Assembly: GCA_963806035.1 (NCBI GenBank)
Contig: CAWDWO010000039.1
Span: 63,781 to 127,780, forward strand
Reading direction: 5' to 3'
DNA length: 64,000 bases
Source: Candidatus Krumholzibacteriota bacterium
GTDB lineage: Bacteria; Krumholzibacteriota; Krumholzibacteriia; JAJRXK01
Below, one piece after another: positions 56,077 to 64,000 of this stretch (positions are counted from its first letter, which is position 1; every line of letters starts with the position of its first letter). Made by a program: the position numbers and the translations under genes. The notes under the pieces were generated by a model. It did no database searches, was not told the DNA's origin, and saw only the letters and a program-made list of their open reading frames with translations.

Positions 56077-58295
56077 TCCGCGGAATCGAATCCACCACGA
56101 CCGATGATTATCTGGATATGGAAGGCCGGATGCGTGCGATCGTGAGCCGCGTCAAAAGCTACCATCGCAACGCCGATTTCGAGAAGCTCTGGCGCGCCTT
56201 CCACCTGGGTCGCAAAGCCCATGAGGGCCAGAAGCGTCGCAGTGGAGAGCCCTACTTCACTCACGCTCTCAGCGTGGCGGAGGAACTTACCGAGCTTCGT
56301 TTGGACGTGGAGACGATCGTGGCCGGCTTGCTCCACGACACGGTGGAGGATACGGGAATTTCACTGGCCGATCTCCAGCGCGATTTCGGGGAGGAAGTGT
56401 CGCTGCTCGTGGATGGGGTCACCAAGATCGGCGAGATCCACTACGAGAATCCCGAGGCCCAACAGGCGGAAAACTACCGCAAACTTCTTCTCACCATCGC
56501 CAAGGACATTCGAGTCATCCTGATCAAGCTGGCGGACCGCTTGCACAACATGGCCACGCTGGATTCGATGCCCGAGGACCGCCGGCAGGCAATCGCCCAG
56601 GAGACGCTCAACGTCTACGCTCCACTCGCGCACCGTTTCGGAATCGCGCGCGTGAAGTGGGAGCTGGAGGACATGGGCTTCAAGACCCTGCATCCCGACG
56701 AGTACCAGAAAGTGCAAGCGGCGGTGAACGCCAAGCGCGAAGAGCGCGAGAAGATGCTGCAGGAGTTCCAAGGGCCTTTGATGGCGCGCCTTGAAGAAGC
56801 TGGAATCAAGGCCAAGATTCAGGGGCGGCCCAAGCACTTCTACTCGATCTGGAAGAAGATGCAGAGCCAGGGCTCCAAGAGCATCGAACAGATTTACGAC
56901 CTGCTGGCAATCCGCATCCTGGTGAATACGACGGCGGAATGTTATCACGCACTGGGAGTCGTCCATTCCACTTTCAATCCCATCCACGATCGCATCAAAG
57001 ACTACATCGCCGCCCCCAAAGTAAATCTCTACCAGTCCCTCCATACCACGGTGCATGGTCCGAACGGGCATCTCTACGAGGTGCAGATTCGCACCCACCA
57101 GATGCACCGCCGGGCCGAGATCGGCATTGCTGCCCACTGGCGGTACAAGGAGGGCATGGACGGACAGCTGGATGAACGCATGAACCAGCAGCTACGCTGG
57201 TTCCGCGAGGTACTCGATTGGCAACGCGACGTCACCGACCCGCGCGAGTTCATGGATGCTCTGAAGATCGATCTCTTCGAGGAAGAGGTCTATGTCTTCA
57301 GTCCCGCCGGCGATCTCTTTCGATTGCCGCACGGCAGTACTCCCCTGGACTTCGCATTCCGGGTGCACAGCGAAGTCGGGCTGCACTGTAGCGGCGCGCG
57401 CGTGGAGGGGCGGCTGGTGCCTCTCCGCTACGAGCTGAAGAGCGGCGAGACCGTCGAGATCGTAACCCGCAAGAACGCGCAGCCGAGTCATCACTGGCTG
57501 GACATCGTGAAGACCTCGCGCGCCAAGCACCACATCCGCCATTGGATGAAGGCGCACCAGGTGGAGCAGTCCATTCGCATGGGGCGGGAGATGGTCGAGC
57601 GGGAGCTCAAGAAGCGGCACGTGAAGTTGCAGCTCGACAAGGAACTCATCGAGGTGGCGCAGGCGCTGGGTCATCAGGAAGTCAGCCGGCTTCTGGCCGC
57701 GGTGGGCCGGGGCACCATCCCCCTGCAAAAAGTCGTCAACCGCGTCGCCCCCGAGGAACCGAAGCAGAAGCGAATCTCGCTTCCTCAGCGCCTGCAGCAG
57801 GCTCTGAAGAGGCGCAGTCACGATGCCGTGCGCATCCAGGGCCTGGACAACCTCATGGTGCACTTCGCCAAGTGCTGCCAGCCGGTTCCGGGCGATGCCA
57901 TCACCGGCATCGTGTCGATCGGTCATGGAGTGTCGATCCACCGCGTCGATTGCAGCAACGTCAGCCGGGGACAGATCGACGAGGAACGCAGAATCGAAGT
58001 GGAGTGGGATGTTCCCGAGGACACGGTGTTCCCGGTGCAGCTCAGCGTGATCGGAGAGGACCGCAAGAACTTGCTGGCCGACATCTCGCGCTCGATCGCC
58101 GATCTCGACTGCAACATCCAGGCGGGCACTTTCGAGGGCAGCAACGAGTACGCGCGCTGCACTTTCATGGTCGAGGTCCGCAACCTCCACCACCTCAGCA
58201 AGATCATCGCGGCCATCAGCAAGATCTCCAGCGTCAGCCGGGTGGAACGCAGCGTCTTCGTGCAGGGGAATCTCCCGCCCGAGGAAGAGTCTTGA
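56073..58295 (+). CDS. rel: bifunctional (p)ppGpp synthetase/hydrolase (RelA/SpoT homologue)
   Basis: HD domain HDTVEDT, synthetase YQSLHTTV, TGS and C-terminal ACT region, 740 aa. ATG overlaps the recJ stop (ATGA). Confidence 0.95.
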   Translation: MIRGIESTTTDDYLDMEGRMRAIVSRVKSYHRNADFEKLWRAFHLGRKAHEGQKRRSGEPYFTHALSVAEELTELRLDVETIVAGLLHDTVEDTGISLADLQRDFGEEVSLLVDGVTKIGEIHYENPEAQQAENYRKLLLTIAKDIRVILIKLADRLHNMATLDSMPEDRRQAIAQETLNVYAPLAHRFGIARVKWELEDMGFKTLHPDEYQKVQAAVNAKREEREKMLQEFQGPLMARLEEAGIKAKIQGRPKHFYSIWKKMQSQGSKSIEQIYDLLAIRILVNTTAECYHALGVVHSTFNPIHDRIKDYIAAPKVNLYQSLHTTVHGPNGHLYEVQIRTHQMHRRAEIGIAAHWRYKEGMDGQLDERMNQQLRWFREVLDWQRDVTDPREFMDALKIDLFEEEVYVFSPAGDLFRLPHGSTPLDFAFRVHSEVGLHCSGARVEGRLVPLRYELKSGETVEIVTRKNAQPSHHWLDIVKTSRAKHHIRHWMKAHQVEQSIRMGREMVERELKKRHVKLQLDKELIEVAQALGHQEVSRLLAAVGRGTIPLQKVVNRVAPEEPKQKRISLPQRLQQALKRRSHDAVRIQGLDNLMVHFAKCCQPVPGDAITGIVSIGHGVSIHRVDCSNVSRGQIDEERRIEVEWDVPEDTVFPVQLSVIGEDRKNLLADISRSIADLDCNIQAGTFEGSNEYARCTFMVEVRNLHHLSKIIAAISKISSVSRVERSVFVQGNLPPEEES

Positions 58296-58741
58296 GAGTC
58301 GTTCTCCAACGAGTGAGTCGCGCCGAAGTCAAAGTGGCGGGGGAAGTGACCGGCCGCATCGGCGCAGGTCTGCTTCTCTTGGCGGGCTTTCACGAAAAGG
58401 ACCGCCTCGAAGATCTGCAATGGATGGCGCGCAAGTGCGTCGAGCTGCGTGTCTTCCGCGACGACGAGGGTAAGACCAATCTGGGACTGCGCGAAGTCGC
58501 GGGCGAGATTCTGCTCGTGAGCCAGTTCACGCTCTACGGCGATTGCCAAAAGGGGCGGCGTCCCACCTTCCTGAAGTCCGCGCCACCCGAGCGCGCGGAA
58601 GCTCTCTACGAGGAATTCCTGCGTCTCTTGCGCGAGCAAGGAATCAATGTGGAAACCGGTAAATTCGGCGCGCGGATGGCGGTCGATCTCCTGGGCGACG
58701 GACCCTTTACTCTGGTGCTTCAGCGCGGAGGAGAAGAGTGA
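58292..58741 (+). CDS. dtd: D-aminoacyl-tRNA deacylase
   Basis: RVVLQRVSRAEV...LLVSQFTLYGDCQKGRRPTF...GPFTLVL. TTG overlaps the rel stop (TTGA). Confidence 0.9.
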   Translation: MRVVLQRVSRAEVKVAGEVTGRIGAGLLLLAGFHEKDRLEDLQWMARKCVELRVFRDDEGKTNLGLREVAGEILLVSQFTLYGDCQKGRRPTFLKSAPPERAEALYEEFLRLLREQGINVETGKFGARMAVDLLGDGPFTLVLQRGGEE

Positions 58742-59352
58742 GCTCTTTGGAGCATCCCTTCCTGAAGCCCCTCGGACGTCCGCTGGTTCTGGCCAGTAAG
58801 AGTCCGCGCCGCTCCCTCATCCTGAAGCAGCATGAATTGCAGTTCGAGATGCTCCCCGCGGAACTCGACGAAAGCACGCGAGAGGGAGAAGATCCGCGCG
58901 AGTACGTGACGCGGCTCGGATTGGAGAAGGCGCTCTGGGCTGCCGAACAGCGTCCATCCAGCGTATGCGTGGGGTGCGACACCGTCGTGCTTTTGGACGG
59001 GGAAATTTTGGGCAAGCCGGAAAATCCAGAAGAAGCCCGCGCCACCTTGACGAGCCTGGCGGGAAACGAACATCTGGTGCTCAGCTCTTTGGCGATGGTG
59101 CAGGCCGAGGAGGGTTTCCGCCGCGTCGGTCTGCAGGAGACACGCGTGGGCTTCCGCTCCCTGAGTCCGGCCGAGATCGAGGCCTACGTGGCCACCGGGG
59201 AGCCTTTCGACAAGGCCGGTGGATACGGGATTCAGGGCTTTGGCTCGATGCTGGTGGCGTGGATCCAGGGCTGCTATTTCAACGTCATGGGTTTGCCTCT
59301 GGAGGTCCTGCGCCGTCTATGGTGCGAGTACCTGGAGTGCAAGACGGACTGA
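58738..59352 (+). CDS. maf: Maf-family nucleoside triphosphate pyrophosphatase
   Basis: LVLASKSPRRSLIL, GCDTVVLLDGEILGKP, KAGGYGIQG. GTG overlaps the dtd stop (GTGA). Confidence 0.9.
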   Translation: MSSLEHPFLKPLGRPLVLASKSPRRSLILKQHELQFEMLPAELDESTREGEDPREYVTRLGLEKALWAAEQRPSSVCVGCDTVVLLDGEILGKPENPEEARATLTSLAGNEHLVLSSLAMVQAEEGFRRVGLQETRVGFRSLSPAEIEAYVATGEPFDKAGGYGIQGFGSMLVAWIQGCYFNVMGLPLEVLRRLWCEYLECKTD

Positions 59353-59368
59353 GTGCACGGGAGAGGAC

Positions 59369-60415
59369 ATGCGATATCCAACGGTGGAGTATGAGCGAGG
59401 CGCGGTGCTGCTGCTCGATCAAACCAAGATTCCACAGGAGGTAAAGCAGCTTCGCTGCGCCGACCTGGCCACTCTCATCGATGCCATCAAGCGACTGGTG
59501 GTGCGCGGAGCGCCCGCCATCGGCGTGGCGGCAGCACACGGCGCGACGCTGGCGGCCGATTTGGCTCTCGAGAAGGGCCGTGATGGAGCTCAACTGCGTG
59601 AAGAATTGAGGCGCGCTCTGAAAGATCTGAGTGCGGCGCGGCCCACTGCGGTGAATTTGCACTGGGCCGTCTCTCGCATGGAGGCACTCCTCGCTTCGCT
59701 CGACGGCGCTGCGAGCGCCGAAGGCCTGCGCGACGCGATCGCCCGGGAGGCAGCCGCGATCCACGAGGAGGACGTGCGTCTCTGCGCGGAGATGGGTGCA
59801 CACGGCGCCCGTCTTTTCCCCGATCCCTGCACGGTGCTCACTCACTGCAACACCGGGGCCTTGGCGACGGTGGGAATCGGCACCGCCCTGGGGGTGGTCT
59901 ATCGCGCGGTGGAGCAGGGCAAGAAGGTCGAAGTGTATGTGGACGAGACGCGGCCCCTGCTTCAGGGAGCGCGGCTCAACATGTGGGAGCTCGCGGAGCA
60001 CAAAATTCCCGCCACGCTCATTTGCGACGGGGCCGCGGCGTGGACCATGCGCCAAAAGCACGTGGATCTGGTCATCGTGGGGGCGGACCGCATCGCGGCC
60101 AACGGCGACGTCGCCAACAAGATCGGCACCTATTCCCTGGCCGTGAACGCGCGGCGGCACGGCATTCCGTTCTATGTCGCCGCGCCCTATTCCACCCTCG
60201 ACTTGAGCCTGGCCTCGGGGCAGGAGATTCCCATCGAGGAGCGAGCGGCCGAGGAGCTGACCAGCCTGCGGGGAGTGCAGGTGGCGCCGCTTGGGGCGGC
60301 CGTCTTCAATCCGGCCTTCGACCTCACGCCGGCCGAGTTGATCACGGGCATCATCACCGAACGGGGCGTGTTTGCAGCCCCCTACGAAAAAAGTTTTCGC
60401 CAAAATTACGCCTAA
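59369..60415 (+). CDS. mtnA: S-methyl-5-thioribose-1-phosphate isomerase (eIF-2B alpha/beta/delta-like)
   Basis: LLLDQTKIP, VVRGAPAIGVAAA, RPTAVNL, ETRPLLQGARL, VGADRIAANGDVANKIGTY. Confidence 0.85.
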   Translation: MRYPTVEYERGAVLLLDQTKIPQEVKQLRCADLATLIDAIKRLVVRGAPAIGVAAAHGATLAADLALEKGRDGAQLREELRRALKDLSAARPTAVNLHWAVSRMEALLASLDGAASAEGLRDAIAREAAAIHEEDVRLCAEMGAHGARLFPDPCTVLTHCNTGALATVGIGTALGVVYRAVEQGKKVEVYVDETRPLLQGARLNMWELAEHKIPATLICDGAAAWTMRQKHVDLVIVGADRIAANGDVANKIGTYSLAVNARRHGIPFYVAAPYSTLDLSLASGQEIPIEERAAEELTSLRGVQVAPLGAAVFNPAFDLTPAELITGIITERGVFAAPYEKSFRQNYA

Positions 60416-60454
60416 TCGCCCGGCTACGGACTTTGCCCCGCGCGAGCACCCGTC

Positions 60455-60483
60455 TTGACAGAGGGGGCACCCGCTGATAGATT
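60455..60483 (+). promoter_or_regulatory. sigma-70-type promoter TTGACA-N17-TAGATT for rplM-rpsI
   Basis: TTGACA at 60455-60460 and TAGATT at 60478-60483, about 110 nt upstream of the rplM start. Confidence 0.55.
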
Positions 60484-60494
60484 TCTTCTTCTGC

Positions 60495-60514
60495 CGTCGG
60501 AAACCGACGTTTTT
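60495..60514 (+). promoter_or_regulatory. terminator-like hairpin (possible attenuator) in rplM 5' leader
   Basis: CGTCGG-aaa-CCGACG followed by TTTTT, starting about 12 nt after the -10 element. Confidence 0.4.
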
Positions 60515-60593
60515 CGACCCATTCACGGCAAGGTTGACGCACCGGAAGCCGCCTGCGGGCGGTTGTTGTGCGTCTCTGACGGAGGACAGTGTC

Positions 60594-61022
60594 TTGAAGA
60601 CCTACAGCGCCAAAGCTGGCGATGTACAGCACGATTGGTACGTGGTGGACGCGACGGATGTCCCTTTGGGGCGGCTCGCCACCCGAGTGGCAACGGTGCT
60701 GCGCGGCAAGCACAAGCCCATGTACACGCCGCACATGGACACAGGCGACCATGTCGTGGTGGTTCATGCTGGTGAAGTGAAACTCACCGGTCGCAAGCTC
60801 GACCAGAAGATCTACGACCGTTATTCGGGCTATCCCGGCGGACGCCAGACCTGGACCGCGCGTGAAATGCTCGAGAAGCGACCGGAAGAAATCATCAAGC
60901 TCGCGGTTCGGGGCATGTTGCCCAAGAACCGCCTCGGTAGACAAATGTTCAAGAAGCTCAAGGTGTATGCCGGCGCCGAACATCCGCACGCCGCGCAGAA
61001 GCCTGAGCCAATGGAGTTGTAG
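60594..61022 (+). CDS. rplM: 50S ribosomal protein L13
   Basis: [19 protein letters not shown]...LGRLA...LRGKHKP...[11 protein letters not shown] 60594 has a GGAGGA SD 7 nt upstream. 142 aa. Confidence 0.9.
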   Translation: MKTYSAKAGDVQHDWYVVDATDVPLGRLATRVATVLRGKHKPMYTPHMDTGDHVVVVHAGEVKLTGRKLDQKIYDRYSGYPGGRQTWTAREMLEKRPEEIIKLAVRGMLPKNRLGRQMFKKLKVYAGAEHPHAAQKPEPMEL

Positions 61023-61023
61023 A

Positions 61024-61428
61024 GTGACGACAACTGCTACGCCACAACGACACTATGGAACCGGCCGTCGCAAGGAAGCGGTGGCGCGGGTCTGGATCAA
61101 CCCCGGCTCGGGAAAGATCCAAGTGAACAAGCGCAGCTTCGAGGATTTTTTCCCGGCTGAAACGCATCAGCTCATCATCAAGGGCCCCTTCGAGGCCATC
61201 GGCAAGCCCGGTGAATTCGACGTGGTCGCCACGGTGAGGGGCGGGGGTCCTTCGGGACAGGCCGGCGCACTGCGGCACGGAATCGCGCGCGCCCTGGCCC
61301 GCCTCGATGAGGCCTATCGACCGGCTCTGAGAAAGGCCGGTTTCATCACCCGCGACGCCCGCGAGGTGGAGCGGAAAAAGTACGGTCAGCCCGGAGCCCG
61401 CAAGCGCTTCCAGTTCAGCAAGCGTTAG
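61024..61428 (+). CDS. rpsI: 30S ribosomal protein S9
   Basis: [13 protein letters not shown]...[19 protein letters not shown]...[28 protein letters not shown] start. Confidence 0.9.
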   Translation: MTTTATPQRHYGTGRRKEAVARVWINPGSGKIQVNKRSFEDFFPAETHQLIIKGPFEAIGKPGEFDVVATVRGGGPSGQAGALRHGIARALARLDEAYRPALRKAGFITRDAREVERKKYGQPGARKRFQFSKR

Positions 61429-61567
61429 GCGAGGCCGGACGATCGAATTCACACTCGTCGGGAGTGTTCCCCCCAGGTGCGCTTGGCGTAGGGGAAACAC
61501 GAGGATCGGCGGGTAGGTTTCAACCTGAAAGAGCCCGGCACGGCCGGGCAAAAGGAGTCAGGGCGAC

Positions 61568-62479
61568 ATGTCCCACGACATCAGCCTCAAAGACCTTCTC
61601 GAGGCCGGCGTTCACTTCGGTCATCAGACCCGCAAGTGGAACCCGAAGATGAAGGAGTACATCTTCATCTCTCGTGGAGGCATCCACATCATCGATCTTC
61701 AGAAGACCCTGCGTAACATCGACAAGGCCTACCAGTTCATCCGGGACACCGCTGCTTCGGGAAAGAAGATTCTCTTCGTCGCGACCAAGAAGCAAGCGCG
61801 CCTTCCCATCATGGAAGCCGCCAAGTCCGTGGAAATGCCCTACGTGACCGAGCGCTGGTTGGGCGGCATGCTCACCAACTTCCAGACGGTGAGCAAGAGC
61901 ATCCGAAAGCTCGAGGACATCGAGAAGGTTCTCGAGGGCCCCGAGCGCGAAATGCTCTCCAAGAAGGAAAGCCTGCAGCTCGAACGCGAGCGGGAGAAGC
62001 TGGCGCGCAATCTGGGCGGGATCCGCGACATGGATCGCCTGCCTGGTGCGCTCTTCGTCATCGACACCCAAGAAGAGGAGACCGCGGTGCGCGAGGCGCG
62101 CAAGCTCGGGATCCCCGTCGTGGGAATCGTGGACACCAACGCCGATCCCGACGTGATCCAGTACCTCATCCCCGGCAACGACGACGCGATCCGCTCCATC
62201 CAGCTCTTCACCAAGCTGGCCAAGAATGCCATCACCGACGGCATCGCCGCGCGGACCGAAGGCGCGATCGTGGCGGAGGTCGAGATGGAAGACAGCTCCC
62301 AGGAGAGTTCGAGCGGCGGCGCTGAAGAGAGCGCGGGCAGCGAGAAGCTCGAAGTGAGCGACGAGAAGTCTCCCGCGGGCAAGAAGGATGCGGCGGACGG
62401 CGAAACCACCGCGCGCGCCAGCGGCGGAGCCGCGGCGGCCCGAGCGGGTAACGGACACGAGGCCCCGGCCGAGGCCTGA
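61568..62479 (+). CDS. rpsB: 30S ribosomal protein S2 (with about 70-aa acidic/Ala-rich C-terminal extension)
   Basis: LLEAGVHFGHQTRKWNPKM, FVATKKQA, VIDTQEEETAVREARKLGIPVVGIVDTN. Confidence 0.95.
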   Translation: MSHDISLKDLLEAGVHFGHQTRKWNPKMKEYIFISRGGIHIIDLQKTLRNIDKAYQFIRDTAASGKKILFVATKKQARLPIMEAAKSVEMPYVTERWLGGMLTNFQTVSKSIRKLEDIEKVLEGPEREMLSKKESLQLEREREKLARNLGGIRDMDRLPGALFVIDTQEEETAVREARKLGIPVVGIVDTNADPDVIQYLIPGNDDAIRSIQLFTKLAKNAITDGIAARTEGAIVAEVEMEDSSQESSSGGAEESAGSEKLEVSDEKSPAGKKDAADGETTARASGGAAAARAGNGHEAPAEA

Positions 62480-62594
62480 GCCCAAGAGCTTCCAACGCGA
62501 TTTCTCGTTTCAGGCGTGCGCGGTCCGCAAGGGTTCGCTGCGTCGTGATTCACCAAGCGACCAACACATTGATTCGTAAGAGGAGAGTAGGCCG

Positions 62595-63188
62595 ATGAAG
62601 ATTACCGCCAGCATGGTCAAGGAACTCAGGGAAAAGACCGGAGCCGGCATGATGGACTGCAAGAAAGCCCTCCAGGAAGTCGATGGCGACCTCGACAAGG
62701 CCGTGAATTTCTTGCGCAAGAAGGGAATCGCGGCGGCGTCCAAGAAGGCCGGACGCGAGACGAGTCAGGGCTTGGTCGAGGCCTACATCCATCCCGGTGG
62801 TCAGGTGGGCGTCCTGGTCGAGGTGAACTGCGAAACCGACTTCGTGGCCCGCACTGATGAGTTCAAGACCTTCGTGCGCGATTTGGCCATGCACATTGCG
62901 GCGGCCAACCCCATTGCCCTCACCGGCGACGATCTCGACGAGGCGGTGCTCGCCAACGAGCGCGAGATCTACCGCGCGCAGGGCGAAGCCGAGGGCAAGC
63001 CCAAGGAGATCGTGGACAAGATCGTCGAGGGCCGCATTGCCAAATACAAGAAAGAGGTCGCTCTGCTCGATCAGCCCTTCGTCAAGAACCCCGACGAGAC
63101 GATCGGCGAGCTCCTCAAGTCGAAGATCGGCAGCCTGGGGGAGAACATGAGCATTCGCCGCTTCTCCCGCTTCCAGATCGGCTCCTAG
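62595..63188 (+). CDS. tsf: translation elongation factor Ts (short form)
   Basis: [51 protein letters not shown]. Confidence 0.95.
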   Translation: MKITASMVKELREKTGAGMMDCKKALQEVDGDLDKAVNFLRKKGIAAASKKAGRETSQGLVEAYIHPGGQVGVLVEVNCETDFVARTDEFKTFVRDLAMHIAAANPIALTGDDLDEAVLANEREIYRAQGEAEGKPKEIVDKIVEGRIAKYKKEVALLDQPFVKNPDETIGELLKSKIGSLGENMSIRRFSRFQIGS

Positions 63189-63212
63189 TTTCCCTGGGGT
63201 CGGGGGGATGCG

Positions 63213-63920
63213 TTGAAAATGCCGAGCTTTTCCCGGATACTCCTCAAGCTGAGCGGTGAAATCCTGCGCGAGGGCGAAGAAGCCTTCGCGCCGGAGCGTA
63301 TCGCGCCTCTGGCCGCTGCGATCGCCCGCGTGCACTCCGAAGGTGTGCAGGTGGGAGTCGTAGTGGGGGGTGGCAACCTCCTGCGCGGCCGCAGCGTGCC
63401 CGAGCAGCTCGCGCGCGCTGATGCGGATCAAGTCGGCATGTTGGCGACGATTCTGAACGCTGCCATGCTGCGCTTTCATCTGGAGGCCAAGGGAGTGCCC
63501 TGCCGGGTATTTTCGCCGCGCGCGGTGGAGCCGGTATCCGAGGCGTTCCATCGCGGGCGCGCTCTGGCCGCCATGGAGGCGAAGCAGGTGCTGCTCTTGG
63601 GAGGAGGAACGGGAAATCCCTTTTTCTCCACCGATTCGGCGGCGGCGTTGCGCGCGATCGAGCTGGAATGCGAGATCGTGCTGAAGGGAACCTTGGTGGA
63701 TGGCGTCTACGACGCCGATCCCCATTCGAATCCCAATGCGAAGCGTTTTGATCAGCTCAGCTTCGACGAAGTGATCCGGCGCGACTTGAGAGTGATGGAC
63801 CAAACCGCCATCGCCCTCTGCCGCGATCACGGCATGAAGATCATGGTTTTCGACATCACCGAACCGGAGAATCTGGTAGCGGTGGTGCAGGGAAAGCTCA
63901 GAGGTTCCGTGATCGGCTGA
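63213..63920 (+). CDS. pyrH: UMP kinase
   Basis: RILLKLSGE, VVGGGNLLRG, and GTGNPFFSTDSAAALRA. Start is TTG 63213 or ATG 63219. Confidence 0.9.
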   Translation: MKMPSFSRILLKLSGEILREGEEAFAPERIAPLAAAIARVHSEGVQVGVVVGGGNLLRGRSVPEQLARADADQVGMLATILNAAMLRFHLEAKGVPCRVFSPRAVEPVSEAFHRGRALAAMEAKQVLLLGGGTGNPFFSTDSAAALRAIELECEIVLKGTLVDGVYDADPHSNPNAKRFDQLSFDEVIRRDLRVMDQTAIALCRDHGMKIMVFDITEPENLVAVVQGKLRGSVIG

Positions 63921-63961
63921 GCATCGGCCGCACGGGCCAATCGGCTCCGAGGAGGGCTTCG

Positions 63962-64000
63962 ATGCTGGACGAGATTTATGGCGAGCTAAAAGACCGCATG
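63962..64000 (+). CDS. frr: ribosome recycling factor, 5' fragment (continues beyond window)
   Basis: MLDEIYGELKDRM... directly after pyrH in the conserved rpsB-tsf-pyrH-frr order. Only 13 codons are visible. Confidence 0.6.
   Translation, partial: MLDEIYGELKDRM

Overview
High-G+C bacterial chromosomal segment. Spot counts are about 65-70% G+C in housekeeping genes. The organism is diderm-type, since it has the LPS-core genes waaA and a GT9 heptosyltransferase plus an outer-membrane protein with thrombospondin-type-3 repeats. The exact lineage cannot be determined from sequence alone. All identifications rest on motif and architecture recognition in the supplied translations and on hand-folded RNAs. 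No database search was run.

The window is mostly conserved housekeeping genes, largely on the + strand:
- Heme and queuosine: a CcsA-like gene, hemA, hemD, queE, queC.
- LPS core: an operon on the - strand.
- Transport and repair: two tandem CNNM/CorC-type transporters, mazG, uvrA, galE.
- Signalling: a histidine kinase with a single-domain response regulator.
- Cell-envelope precursors: a glmM-like gene, glmS, ridA.
- Translation and chaperones: lepA-lepB-hemW, hrcA-grpE-dnaK-dnaJ, rsmE.
- Replication and transcription: mutS2, dnaG-rpoD.
- Nucleic-acid processing and stringent response: rnhA, rnpB, recJ, rel-dtd-maf, mtnA.
- Ribosomal cluster: rplM-rpsI and rpsB-tsf-pyrH-frr.
- RNA genes: tRNA-Phe, tRNA-Thr, a tRNA-Sec (selC) candidate, tRNA-Met(CAT), tRNA-Val, and a type-A RNase P RNA.

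The clearly accessory part is an approximately 8.6-kb, lower-G+C segment bounded by tRNA-Phe and tRNA-Thr. It carries a polysaccharide deacetylase/ATP-grasp gene pair, a MarR regulator, and a four-gene minor-pseudopilin operon with a sigma-54-type promoter. The centrepiece of that operon is a 994-aa protein. It fuses a prepilin N-terminus and PilW/GspJ-like head to an EF-hand loop, three SdrD-B-like repeats and an FG-GAP/VCBS beta-propeller. This is the most novel-looking item in the window.

Four conserved genes (waaA, a CNNM gene, the glmM-like gene, mutS2) are each broken by a single-base frame shift. This pattern most likely reflects indel errors in the assembly rather than biology.

I found no CRISPR array, IS element, integrase or prophage genes.
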